A DNA stretch of 52,961 nucleotides from an uncultured Bacteroidales bacterium (GTDB lineage Bacteria > Bacteroidota > Bacteroidia > Bacteroidales > CAIWKO01). Both the position numbers and the translations under genes were made by a program. Shown piece after piece: positions 36,734-46,335 of this stretch (positions within the stretch are counted from its first letter, which is position 1; every line of letters begins with the position of its first letter). The DNA lies in assembly GCA_964567775.1 (NCBI GenBank), contig CAZMPB010000002.1:1376-54336 (forward strand). Reading direction: 5' to 3'. The notes under the pieces were generated by a model. That model was not told the DNA's origin. It saw nothing but the letters and a program-made list of their open reading frames with translations, and searched no databases.

Positions 36734-39562
36734 ATGAAAAAAAATATACTTCTCTTTTTCTGTATTCTTCTCCTGATGTCCGGCATTAACGGAAGGGTGT
36801 TTTCGCAGACCCATACCGTAACGCATAATGTCGACTGGGTTACCCATGACCAGAATATGTGGGGGCCTAACGGCAGCCCTTTTACATTAAACATGGATAT
36901 TGAACTGTTCAACATTAGTTTTGGGGATACATCTTCATTTGGCGGAATAACCGATCTGGGCTGGTTAGGACAATGGGGCGCGGTGATCGATCTCGGCACA
37001 TGGCTGGAAGTCGCTTCCGTCTTTAGCATTCATGGGTTCACCACAGGTTCTGTTGATGCGGAATATCCGGTAGAAATCGACCTTACATTTCCCGACAATT
37101 ACACCTTTAACCCCGGCGAATGGATAACGATCAACACGGACTGTTCCGTAGAACCCGGCTGGGATCTCACCACACATTTTCCAACCGCAGGTATTATTCA
37201 GCTCGACTTTTTCTTCGGATTCGGATTAGACATTTCGGCTACGGTATGTTTATACGATTGTTTTACCATGGATATTATCAGCCTGAATTTGCCTACTGAC
37301 TCAATAAATATCTTTTATCTGAACTCGCAGACCGGAGAAGTATCTTATCCTTGCTGGAACGGATTTTTCTTCGCAATATGCCACGATGACATATTGCCGA
37401 TAATAATTTATGACTGGTGGGATATCGGGTTAACCGGATTTATAGACATACCCTATATTGTGACTACCGATTGGTTAGGAACAGACGACTGTGTGTATGC
37501 TCACGGAAGTGATCTCTGGCTCCATCTGAACATTGATATTATTCAGTTATTGTCGGCAATAGCTCAGTTGATACCTCCGCCGGCAGGCCCTATCATATCA
37601 CAGATCTTAGGTTATATGAGTGGCACCTTTGATCTTGGTGGCGGTATAACAATAGACTATACTTTGCTTTCACTCAATTTTGGCCTTGACAGTTATATGG
37701 TTCAGGATTTCACGCTTTGCCCTGATGTGTGGACACGATTATCGTTCCCGACCAGTGTCCCGTATAACATATCCGATCCGGCGAACGGGGATTCAATTGT
37801 TGAATCCGGTGTTGCAGACACCTTCAATATACTTTGCGGCTATGACCTTAATTTTAAATATCCATGCAATGATTATCCTGTTTGGGATATCGGCATCCAG
37901 CATTATCTGACCAACGATTTCACCAATCATACCTGGGACAGTATGGCTTTTTATTTTAATATTACTGCTTTTGAATTTTGGATCAATATACCTTTCAAAG
38001 CCCAGCAGGAAATATACATTCCGGAATATTGTATAGAAGTGCCTGTCCCGTGCCTCGAAAAATCAAACGCTCCCGATACTTGTTGGGATACCATTTGTAC
38101 ACCAGGCATCACCATACCACCTCAAACCCCTCAGCAACCTGACTTTACCATTCATATCGGGCCTTTGATCAATATGACCTGGCCGCTTGGATACATCCCC
38201 ATTACATGGTATGATAACACTTGGCAGCTCGGCGGATGGTCGCCGAATCAGACCGGCATCTTTGACACGATCATGCCCGACGAACAGATCATCCCTAACC
38301 CGCCGATGACTATGAGCGCTGAAATCACCACACAAATCATCTGTTTTGGCGATACCAACGGCGTAATAACCGCTACGGTGGAAAATGGCACCCCTCCTTA
38401 CACTTACATCTGGTCAACAGGCGATTCAACAACAATTAACAGCACAACCAACTCTATCACTAATCTTGCTGCCGGCACCTACTATGTCACTGTTTATGAT
38501 TCTGGGCCCTGTTATTTATACGATACCGTTGAAATACTCAATGTTGACCCGCCTCTTTATATTTCTCTCGGGATAAAACATGTTACTTGTATTACTGGAT
38601 CCGACGGGCAAATTACGGCACATGTTACAGGCGGTACACCGGGATACACATACGTATGGTCACCTATTGGAGGCTATGATTCTACAGCCAGTAACCTGCC
38701 AGCAGGAACATATTGGGTCGTTGCTACCGACCTTCTTGGCTGCACCATAAGCGACACGGCAACACTTATAGAGCTATGGCCATTACCCGAGATCGGCATA
38801 AGGGCTGAGCCCGACAGCGGATGTCAGCCGCTCAAAGTTCAGTTTTATGAAACCACTATTGATTCAGGACAGACCTATGTGTGGGACTACCATGATAACG
38901 GAGCTACAGATTCTGTAAAAAATCCAATACATACTTTTGTTAACGCCGGGACATACGATGTAACAATTTATGTAACTTCCAACCATGGCTGCCTTGATTC
39001 ACTAACCATCGAAGACATGATCACCGTATTCCCCAAACCCAACGCTGACTTTTTGCCAGAACCAAGAGAAACCGACATCCTCGAATCATGGGTGGCCTTT
39101 AACAACTTGTCAGATAACACATTCTGGAGCTACTGGGCTTTAGGCGACGGGGAGTATTCACACGAAACAGAACCTATGCACCATTATGTGGATACCGGGT
39201 ATTTCCATATAGTACTATATATTCAAACTGAGCATGGATGCAGAGATACAGCTTCGGACGATATTTATGTCAAAGAAAGTATTACTTTCTATGCCCCGAA
39301 TGCATTTACACCGAACCGGAACGGACTTAATGAAGAATTTCTTGTAAAAGGAACAGGAATAAATAACAGCACTTTCAATATGATCATTTTCGACCGCTGG
39401 GGAAAAAAGGTGTTTGAATCGTCTGATATTGAAAAAGGCTGGGACGGCAGGATCAATGACGAAACAGTTACTGACCCGGGTGTCTACACATGGGTTGTAA
39501 CATACAGGGATATTACAAAGAAATATCACAAATATTCAGGTTCGGTAATATTAATCAGGTAA
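36734..39562 (+). CDS. T9SS type-B sorting-domain cargo protein, paralog of 29140-31935
   Basis: It has the same architecture and is alignable over its full length ('MWGPNGS', 'IPEYCIEVPVPCLEKS', 'CFGDTNGVITATVENGTPPYTYIW', PKD). The C-terminus is 'APNAFTPNRNGLNEEF....IFDRWGKKVFES...GWDGR'. Confidence 0.85.
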   Translation: MKKNILLFFCILLLMSGINGRVFSQTHTVTHNVDWVTHDQNMWGPNGSPFTLNMDIELFNISFGDTSSFGGITDLGWLGQWGAVIDLGTWLEVASVFSIHGFTTGSVDAEYPVEIDLTFPDNYTFNPGEWITINTDCSVEPGWDLTTHFPTAGIIQLDFFFGFGLDISATVCLYDCFTMDIISLNLPTDSINIFYLNSQTGEVSYPCWNGFFFAICHDDILPIIIYDWWDIGLTGFIDIPYIVTTDWLGTDDCVYAHGSDLWLHLNIDIIQLLSAIAQLIPPPAGPIISQILGYMSGTFDLGGGITIDYTLLSLNFGLDSYMVQDFTLCPDVWTRLSFPTSVPYNISDPANGDSIVESGVADTFNILCGYDLNFKYPCNDYPVWDIGIQHYLTNDFTNHTWDSMAFYFNITAFEFWINIPFKAQQEIYIPEYCIEVPVPCLEKSNAPDTCWDTICTPGITIPPQTPQQPDFTIHIGPLINMTWPLGYIPITWYDNTWQLGGWSPNQTGIFDTIMPDEQIIPNPPMTMSAEITTQIICFGDTNGVITATVENGTPPYTYIWSTGDSTTINSTTNSITNLAAGTYYVTVYDSGPCYLYDTVEILNVDPPLYISLGIKHVTCITGSDGQITAHVTGGTPGYTYVWSPIGGYDSTASNLPAGTYWVVATDLLGCTISDTATLIELWPLPEIGIRAEPDSGCQPLKVQFYETTIDSGQTYVWDYHDNGATDSVKNPIHTFVNAGTYDVTIYVTSNHGCLDSLTIEDMITVFPKPNADFLPEPRETDILESWVAFNNLSDNTFWSYWALGDGEYSHETEPMHHYVDTGYFHIVLYIQTEHGCRDTASDDIYVKESITFYAPNAFTPNRNGLNEEFLVKGTGINNSTFNMIIFDRWGKKVFESSDIEKGWDGRINDETVTDPGVYTWVVTYRDITKKYHKYSGSVILIR

Positions 39563-39567
39563 TTCAA

Positions 39568-39647
39568 ATGTACCGGTGAAAATTGTCAGTGAAAATAATA
39601 ATATTATTTTTGCTGACAATTTTTTTTGTAATCCGGTACATTTTTTG
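39568..39647 (+). terminator. Long nested hairpin terminator after the second cargo gene
   Basis: The outer stem pairs atgtaccgg (39568-76) with ccggtacat (39633-41). The inner stem pairs aaaattgtcag (39579-89) with ctgacaatttt (39613-23). A TTTTTT run follows. Confidence 0.6.
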
Positions 39648-39678
39648 ATGAGGGCAAACAAATTTATTTTGAATTTTT

Positions 39679-40011
39679 ATGGAACAGAAAAAGAAAGTAA
39701 TCGTTCACATTAGCAACATAACTCCCGAAGTTATGGACACCATACAAATAAAATATCCGGACGGTTATCAGAATCATATTTTTAAGGTTACCAAACCTAA
39801 CGGCGATTTTTTTCATGCAATAACAGTTGATACCAAAGATGCCAGCTATCTTATAAAAGTTGATGTGAAAATAGATACGGCTACAGATGAAAAAATTGAT
39901 GAACAATTATTTGCTAAAGACGACATCCCCGACACCGATGCCAAGACTCCCGATGATGATGATACTGAACAGCCGGACAAAACCCCTGCTGATGATGATG
40001 TTGTTTTTTAA
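39679..40011 (+). CDS. Hypothetical small protein with a D/T/P-rich acidic tail
   Basis: 110 aa with no signal peptide. The tail reads 'DDIPDTDAKTPDDDDTEQPDKTPADDDVVF'. Confidence 0.45.
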   Translation: MEQKKKVIVHISNITPEVMDTIQIKYPDGYQNHIFKVTKPNGDFFHAITVDTKDASYLIKVDVKIDTATDEKIDEQLFAKDDIPDTDAKTPDDDDTEQPDKTPADDDVVF

Positions 40012-40034
40012 TTTTAGGTTTTTTTCTTTTGAGG

Positions 40035-40598
40035 TTAACTCCCCCATTTAAACGTTTTTATATCAAAACCAGCAAGCAGCAAAAGCTTGTCTGTTACCGT
40101 ATTTACCAATGCTTCCATATTCTGTGGTTTCGAATAAAATGACGGTGATGCCGGGCATATGCAGGCCCCCGACTGTATAAGTAATTTAAAATTCTCAATA
40201 TGTACAAGATTATAAGGCATCTCACGCACCAGAAGAATCAGCTTTTTACCTTCTTTAAGCATAACGTCAGCGCTACGGGAGATCAGGTCATCTGCATAAC
40301 CGTGGGCTATACGGCTAAGGGTTCCCATGGTGCAGGGGCATATAATCATCATGTCATATCTTGAAGAGCCTGATGCAAAAGGAGCAAAAAAATCTTTATT
40401 ATCATAAACTTTTCCCAAAGGCAGGGTCTCTGTAGTCAACCCCAATTCAAATTCACGGACCTTAATTGCATTTTCAGAGAGGACAATACCAATATCTTCA
40501 ATTTGGTCTTCAATTTTCTTTAACCTGTTGATCAGGTTTTCAGCATATATGGCACCACTAGCGCCAGTGATTCCTATTACAATTTTTTTCCTGATCAT
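40035..40598 (-). CDS. ubiX: Flavin prenyltransferase UbiX
   Basis: 'IVIGITGASGAIYA', 'MIICPCTMGTLS.IA.G'. Confidence 0.9.
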   Translation of the reverse strand: MIRKKIVIGITGASGAIYAENLINRLKKIEDQIEDIGIVLSENAIKVREFELGLTTETLPLGKVYDNKDFFAPFASGSSRYDMMIICPCTMGTLSRIAHGYADDLISRSADVMLKEGKKLILLVREMPYNLVHIENFKLLIQSGACICPASPSFYSKPQNMEALVNTVTDKLLLLAGFDIKTFKWGS

Positions 40599-41209
40599 AT
40601 CTCATAAATTGCAGACAAAGTAATCGTGCTATTGTATTGCCACCTGTCTAAACGCCAACGGGTTTTGGTCTCCGGCTTACGGACCGGCAGAAAAGAATTC
40701 TCAAAACGGATATTTGCTTTGAGATGTTTAATAATATTTATCCCCATACCCACAAATACAGAATAATCAAATTTATTAAACCCCGGACGTTCTGAATCTC
40801 TAACAAGGCCATATTCATCCTTTTCGATATATTGATTTTTCATCAATACCCCAAAAGCGGGTCCGGTTTCAAGGTTAAACCGTTTTGAAAATTGCCATTT
40901 ATAAAGCAAAGCAAGTTCTATATAATGAAGATTTAATTTATAAACTATATAATCGTTAGTCTTCGGATGGGGATTCTTACTACTTCCTTTTAATACGTAG
41001 TAGATCTCAAGTTGTAATGCAGATTTTTCATCAAAACTGTAGTTTGTAAATGCCCCTCCATATGGTCCGGCTTTATTAAACCCTGAGAGCTGATCTCCCG
41101 AGATCTGTGAAGCAGCTATACCCGCAAAAAACCCGCCACCAAATTTTTTTTGTGCAAAAGAACTGGATACCGTTAAAAATAAAAATAATAATGCGACTAG
41201 CTTTTTCAT
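40595..41209 (-). CDS. Small outer-membrane beta-barrel protein (PorT / OMP_b-brl_2-like)
   Basis: Signal peptide, alternating beta-strand pattern, and an aromatic C-terminus 'LSAIYEI'. It has a 4-nt overlap with ubiX. Confidence 0.65.
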   Translation of the reverse strand: MKKLVALLFLFLTVSSSFAQKKFGGGFFAGIAASQISGDQLSGFNKAGPYGGAFTNYSFDEKSALQLEIYYVLKGSSKNPHPKTNDYIVYKLNLHYIELALLYKWQFSKRFNLETGPAFGVLMKNQYIEKDEYGLVRDSERPGFNKFDYSVFVGMGINIIKHLKANIRFENSFLPVRKPETKTRWRLDRWQYNSTITLSAIYEI

Positions 41210-41224
41210 ACCATTTAATACTAT

Positions 41225-42202
41225 CTATTTACAATATTCTTTGACAAACTCATCCCCGGCGCTTCCTTCAAGCGACTGATACTTCTTTGCATCTGCACAT
41301 GCTCCGGTAAAATCCTCAAAAAAGTTCCTCACTACCATACGCTCCTTATAATAAAAGGATACTTTTTCATCTACAGATACGGCAAAATCCAGATCTGACA
41401 ATATCTGCTTTTTATCTGTTCCCGAAATCTTCCCGTCTAAGTAATAGATCAGATAATAAAGATTTGTCATCGCCCTTAAATAATGGGCTTCGGCATCTGC
41501 CGGACCATACATCACAGCCTTTACAGCATATGAATAAGCTTCCGGAAATTTATTAATATAAGTATACGTAATTGAAATGTTTTTAATGTATTTGAGATTT
41601 GTAGTATCAAGCTCATAGGCTATTTTGTAAGAATATAGCGCTGAGTCGTAATCCTTATTTTCATTGTGCATCATTCCTATCATGTTCCAGGCTTCAGAAT
41701 TTTTTGGATTGGCAGCAACTGCCTGCTTAAAAAAGTCGATAGCTGCTTGCTTGTTATTTTCAAGCTCCTCCATTCCCTTCTCATAAAAAGCCTCATCAAC
41801 AGCCAGTGCTTCCTTCCAGTTGAACTTTACCTGCTGTCCGGTAACAAAATGGTTTTCTTTAACTCCATCAATGGTAATAATACTTTTTTCTTCAATAAGT
41901 GTGAAGGCGAACACCAGGTTTTCTTTACTGATGAATTTAACAATTCCTATAGTAAGCCAGCCATTGACCTTAGCCCCAAACATTTCCTTTTCAAAACTTT
42001 TCATCAGTTCGCCAAGTGTATTGACTTTTGGCATGAGGGGGTAACCTTTATCAAGCTTAACTTTGATTTTCGATCCGTTTTTAGAAACTATAGAACCCAA
42101 AATTTCATGACTGATGGAGTCGGACTTACTATTGTCTTGTGCTATAAGGACTATATCAAAGAGAAAAAAACAAAAAATAAAAATTACGATTTTCCTTTTC
42201 AT
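41225..42202 (-). CDS. Secreted TPR-repeat protein
   Basis: Signal peptide. The C-terminal half has TPR-like 'A..FF.QAV..NP.N.EAW...G' repeats. Confidence 0.7.
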   Translation of the reverse strand: MKRKIVIFIFCFFLFDIVLIAQDNSKSDSISHEILGSIVSKNGSKIKVKLDKGYPLMPKVNTLGELMKSFEKEMFGAKVNGWLTIGIVKFISKENLVFAFTLIEEKSIITIDGVKENHFVTGQQVKFNWKEALAVDEAFYEKGMEELENNKQAAIDFFKQAVAANPKNSEAWNMIGMMHNENKDYDSALYSYKIAYELDTTNLKYIKNISITYTYINKFPEAYSYAVKAVMYGPADAEAHYLRAMTNLYYLIYYLDGKISGTDKKQILSDLDFAVSVDEKVSFYYKERMVVRNFFEDFTGACADAKKYQSLEGSAGDEFVKEYCK

Positions 42203-42492
42203 AGAATTGTTTTTGTAAAGATAAAAAAATTTATTATAATATTAATATAGGATTAAAAACCCTGAAATCAAAAAACAAAATTGCATCCAGGTATTCCCAT
42301 GCATTGAGTCAGCTCAACCATTTAGGTCTCAAAAAAGAATTGATGTTTATCATCCTGTATTTGTGCTATTTATAAAAATAAACTTAATCAAAAGCGCCAT
42401 ATTGTCATTTGAATACAAATAACAACTGTCATTCTGTCGTCCAGACTTTTTTTTAAATATTTTTATAACAACCTGTATTACTGTTAATTATA

Positions 42493-42500
42493 TATTTTTG
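42493..42500 (+). promoter_or_regulatory. Candidate -7 box (TATTTTTG) for hsp20
   Basis: Matches TAnnTTTG, 89 nt before ATG 42589. Confidence 0.25.
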
Positions 42501-42588
42501 GATTTCAACATAGGGCTTTTGCATAAAGTTTGAATAGGGGGCAGTACAAACCAAAAAAATATTAATTAACAAAAAGGAGGATAAAACC

Positions 42589-43017
42589 ATGAAACTTATC
42601 AGATTAAACAACGAACCAACATTTTCGGATCTGTTGAACAGTTTTTTTGAAAATGATCCGGCAAATTTATTCAGCAGAAATCATTGCAATGTACCGGCAA
42701 CCAACATTGTTGAAAATGAAAATTCCTACGAACTCGAACTGGCGGTGCCTGGCATGAACAAAGAAGATTTCAAAATTGATATCGAAAACAACACGCTGAC
42801 GATCTCTTCAGAAAAGAACGAAGAAAAAGAAGAAACAACCAAAAACTACACCCGTAAAGAATTTGTCTATGGAAGTTTCAGCCGCTCGTTTGTTCTGCCT
42901 AAAAACATTGATACGGAAAAGATCAAAGCCGAGTACAAAAACGGTGTTCTCTGCATGGTGCTTCCAAAAAAAGAAGAAGATAAAACAAAAGTGAAAAGGC
43001 TGATTGAGATTAATTAA
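42589..43017 (+). CDS. Hsp20 / alpha-crystallin family small heat-shock protein
   Basis: 'PA.NI.E.E..YE.ELA.PG..KEDF.I....N.L.IS', 'F.RSF.LP..ID..KI.A.Y.NGVL...LPK'. AAGGAGG lies 8 nt upstream of the ATG. Confidence 0.9.
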   Translation: MKLIRLNNEPTFSDLLNSFFENDPANLFSRNHCNVPATNIVENENSYELELAVPGMNKEDFKIDIENNTLTISSEKNEEKEETTKNYTRKEFVYGSFSRSFVLPKNIDTEKIKAEYKNGVLCMVLPKKEEDKTKVKRLIEIN

Positions 43018-43034
43018 CAGTCTTTTGTTTGCAA

Positions 43035-43072
43035 ATAAAGGAGGTTTAAAATTAAACCTCCTTTATTATTTG
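43035..43072 (+). terminator. Intrinsic terminator after hsp20
   Basis: A 14-bp perfect stem pairs ataaaggaggttta with taaacctcctttat around loop aaat, followed by a T-rich tail. Confidence 0.7.
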
Positions 43073-43099
43073 TAATTTTGACATAATAACAAACTGTAA

Positions 43100-43651
43100 A
43101 TGAGGTATTCACGCTTATTTTTTCTTTTATTTCTTTTGGTTGCCGGGACATCATTTACTTCCTGTAAAACAACCAAACCAAACGCCGGCAATCATCATCA
43201 TAGCAACAATAACAACACAAGTTCCAACCATAACGATACCTATTCTAAAGAGTTAGGCGTAACATTAACTGGCAGCGAAGATAAAAAACTGATAAGCTGT
43301 CTGGTTGAATGGGTCGGAGCGCCATACAAATATGGCGGAAACACAAAACAAGGCACCGATTGTTCAGGAATGGTATTTTCAGTGTATAAAGAAACCTATA
43401 ATATCGATATGTACCGCAGTTCGGCGGATCAGTTGAAAAACGTAAAAGAAATTGACAAAAAAGATCTGAAAGCCGGAGACCTTGTTTTCTTTAAAATTTC
43501 AGGGGACAAAATCTCACATGTCGGCATATACCTCGGAGAAAATAAGTTTATCCATGCCACCACAAAAAAAGGTGTGATGGTCAATGATCTGGACGAAGAA
43601 TATTATAAAAAATATTATTTTACTTCCGGAAGAGTGATCGGAATGCCCTAA
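43100..43651 (+). CDS. NlpC/P60 (C40) peptidoglycan peptidase lipoprotein
   Basis: Lipobox 'FTSC', catalytic 'GTDCSGMV', and 'ISHVGIYLG...FIHAT'. Confidence 0.85.
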   Translation: MRYSRLFFLLFLLVAGTSFTSCKTTKPNAGNHHHSNNNNTSSNHNDTYSKELGVTLTGSEDKKLISCLVEWVGAPYKYGGNTKQGTDCSGMVFSVYKETYNIDMYRSSADQLKNVKEIDKKDLKAGDLVFFKISGDKISHVGIYLGENKFIHATTKKGVMVNDLDEEYYKKYYFTSGRVIGMP

Positions 43652-43662
43652 AGACAAGATTT

Positions 43663-44754
43663 CTATAAGTAATGCCTGAAAGGGATCAGAAGATTTTCGA
43701 ATAACTTATGCATAACGGGCCGGCGTTTCCATAGCTCATAATCAAAACCCTCGCAGGCTTCGATCGTTTCGTTGACATGCACGGTCAGGTCCTGCATCAG
43801 GTTACTGTCTGATCCAAGAAGCATCACTTCATACATATACCTAAAGCTTCGGTAGTCAAAATTTGATGTCCCGAAAAAAAACACCTCATTATCGACTATC
43901 ATCAGCTTTGCATGAAGGTTGTAAGGCTTATAAAACAATATTTGTACATGGTTTTTATGCAGCAACCCAAGGTATTTGCTGCGCAGGGTATCCACAATAC
44001 TGACATCCGATTGTTTAGGGGTGATGATCTTGACATCAACGCCGCGCTTCCCTGCGTCCATAAGTAATTTCCTCAAATAATATCCCGGAAGAAAATAAGG
44101 AGTTTCGACGATAATTTGTTTACGCGCACGTTTGATAAGTTCAGAATACTTTTTTTTAACCCTTTGCCTGGTCAATGAAGGCACATCGCGAATAATTTTA
44201 AAATCGCCACAACTTAATGGTTTTGTCTGATGACGGATATTAAACGTATTTTTTTTATAAATTTTCCAGCTGCTGTTAAACGTTTTTTTGAATGAATGAG
44301 CAATTCCGCCTTCGAGTTTTACAATAAGTTCCCTCCAGTTCAGCGAGTAGTCGTTTATATTGGCTGAGGCCAGATACACAATGCGGTCATCAATCACAAT
44401 GACTTTCCGGTGGTTTCTCCGGTGATGTTTGGTAAACGCATCAAAACTATACCTGAGTTTCATAAAATACCTTACCTCACCTCCGGCATTAATAAGTTCA
44501 TCAAAAAACGAACTATTGGACGGAGCGCCCCACGAATCAACCAGCAGTCGTATCCTGACTCCCTGGCGGCATTTCTTCACCAAAACATCTCGGAATTTTG
44601 TTCCTACGGTATCATCAATAAACTTGAATATCTCAAAACAAATGTTTTTCTGAGCATTTTCCATATCGGCCAGCAGCTCGGTATAAAACTTTAATGGCTC
44701 GCTGAAAACCCGGTGACTGACAACACATCCACTATGGATTTTATCTGATATCAT
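43663..44754 (-). CDS. Phospholipase D-family protein (cardiolipin synthase-like, two HKD motifs, no TM segment)
   Basis: HKD motifs 'HRKVIVIDD....L.SANI' and 'HAKLMIVDN...FGTSNFD.RS'. Confidence 0.8.
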   Translation of the reverse strand: MISDKIHSGCVVSHRVFSEPLKFYTELLADMENAQKNICFEIFKFIDDTVGTKFRDVLVKKCRQGVRIRLLVDSWGAPSNSSFFDELINAGGEVRYFMKLRYSFDAFTKHHRRNHRKVIVIDDRIVYLASANINDYSLNWRELIVKLEGGIAHSFKKTFNSSWKIYKKNTFNIRHQTKPLSCGDFKIIRDVPSLTRQRVKKKYSELIKRARKQIIVETPYFLPGYYLRKLLMDAGKRGVDVKIITPKQSDVSIVDTLRSKYLGLLHKNHVQILFYKPYNLHAKLMIVDNEVFFFGTSNFDYRSFRYMYEVMLLGSDSNLMQDLTVHVNETIEACEGFDYELWKRRPVMHKLFENLLIPFRHYL

Positions 44755-44755
44755 A

Positions 44756-45307
44756 TTATTTAACCCTTGCCGGATTATTTGCTACAAATGATTTCCATCC
44801 GGTATATGACTTCTTATCTGGTAATGCACTCTTTTGAAAATAATGACATACCGCTACGCCCAAAGCATCCGTGGCATCAAGGTATTCGGGCTGCACCTCT
44901 ATGGAAACAATGCGTGCAAGCATCAATGCCACCTGCTCCTTGGTAGCGCTTCCCTTTCCTGTGATTGATTGCTTGATTTTACGCGGAGAATACTCAAAAA
45001 CCGGTATGGACTTATTAAGAGCCGCGGCTATCGCCACTCCCTGCGCCCGGCCAAGTTTCAGCATCGACTGAACATTCTTCCCGAAAAACTGCGATTCGAT
45101 AGCCAGCTCATCCGGCTTGTATTTTTCGATGATGCCAAGTACTGCTTCAAATATGGTTTTTAGCTTTAGGTACGGGTCGGTGAGTTTGTTTAATTTGATC
45201 ACATCCATCGTAATAAGCTCAATCTTTTTATCTTTGTTATGGATTAATCCATATCCAAGAATATTTGTTCCGGGGTCGATACCAAGTATGATTCTGTCGA
45301 TGCTCAA
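44756..45307 (-). CDS. ruvC: Crossover junction endodeoxyribonuclease RuvC
   Basis: 'ILGIDPGT...GYG', 'E..F.G.N..S..KLG.A.G', 'ATDALGVA.CH'. Confidence 0.9.
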   Translation of the reverse strand: MSIDRIILGIDPGTNILGYGLIHNKDKKIELITMDVIKLNKLTDPYLKLKTIFEAVLGIIEKYKPDELAIESQFFGKNVQSMLKLGRAQGVAIAAALNKSIPVFEYSPRKIKQSITGKGSATKEQVALMLARIVSIEVQPEYLDATDALGVAVCHYFQKSALPDKKSYTGWKSFVANNPARVK

Positions 45308-45321
45308 AACAATAATATTAA

Positions 45322-46335
45322 ATGCTTAAAACAAAATTAATCAAAACAAGTAATTACATTATCAAAATTCTGATAATAATTCTTTCTTTTGGCTTTATTG
45401 GTTACCGCTTGTTTTATAAGCATGATGTTTCCGGGGTAGTTAACAGGTTCGTTGATATGCTATCGGATACTGCATCACGGACAATAATAATCCTCACCTT
45501 CATGATGATGTTACTAAACTGGGGCATAGAAACCCTGAAGTGGCAATACCTCATCAAAAAAATTGAAAAAGTTTCTTTTATCCGGTCGTTTATGAGCGTG
45601 TGGGCCGGCATAACCGTCGGGTCTTTCACCCCCAACCGCACCGGCGAATTTTTCAGCAGGGCATTCATCCTTGAAAAAGCCAACCGCTGGGAAGGCATCT
45701 TTATCACATTTATAGGAAGCCTCAGCCAGCAAGTGCCTACGATGCTGTTCGGGACTATCGCATGTTTTTTCTTTTACCATTCTTTTAAATCAGGCCCTTT
45801 TCACGACAAATTAGCGGCATACCTTATCCTGTCGGGGATTTCGCTGATCCTGACCGTACTTTTTTTCATATTATATTTTCGCCTGTCGTGGCTGAAGATT
45901 TTTTTTCTGAAACTCACCCCACGCAAATTCACTGAGTTCAGGACTCATCTCCATGTTTATACCGATTTTTCATGTAAAGAATTATTTAATGCTTTACTAT
46001 TAAGCGTTATCCGATACGCGGTGTTTGCTTTTCAGTTTTATATGCTGATCCGGATTTGCGACATTGACATCCCTTTGGGGGATGGGATCATGCTGATTTC
46101 CTTAATCTATCTGATCATGACGGCGATTCCCACATTCGCCCTGACAGAAATTGGCGTCAGGGGGTCGGTAAGTATTCTGGTATTAGAAATGTATTTTCAA
46201 AACATATCACCTACCCCACCAGATGTTTCTTCCGATGCCTTTCTGGCAGCTTCCCTGATCTGGTTCATTAATCTTATTATTCCTGCCATTATCGGTGGAT
46301 TTTTCGTATTCAAACTTAAATTTTTCAGAAAGTGA
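45322..46335 (+). CDS. Lysylphosphatidylglycerol-synthase-TM-region-like (flippase-like) membrane protein
   Basis: 337-aa polytopic protein coupled (GTG start, 4-nt overlap) to a GT2 gene, a pairing common in Bacteroidota. Confidence 0.65.
   Translation: MLKTKLIKTSNYIIKILIIILSFGFIGYRLFYKHDVSGVVNRFVDMLSDTASRTIIILTFMMMLLNWGIETLKWQYLIKKIEKVSFIRSFMSVWAGITVGSFTPNRTGEFFSRAFILEKANRWEGIFITFIGSLSQQVPTMLFGTIACFFFYHSFKSGPFHDKLAAYLILSGISLILTVLFFILYFRLSWLKIFFLKLTPRKFTEFRTHLHVYTDFSCKELFNALLLSVIRYAVFAFQFYMLIRICDIDIPLGDGIMLISLIYLIMTAIPTFALTEIGVRGSVSILVLEMYFQNISPTPPDVSSDAFLAASLIWFINLIIPAIIGGFFVFKLKFFRK

Noticed and set aside
43663-44754. The PLD-family protein next to ruvC considered as a Nuc-like nuclease or defence gene.
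   Set aside because: Two full HKD motifs in a protein of about 360 aa fit a cardiolipin-synthase-like enzyme. There are no defence-associated neighbours.
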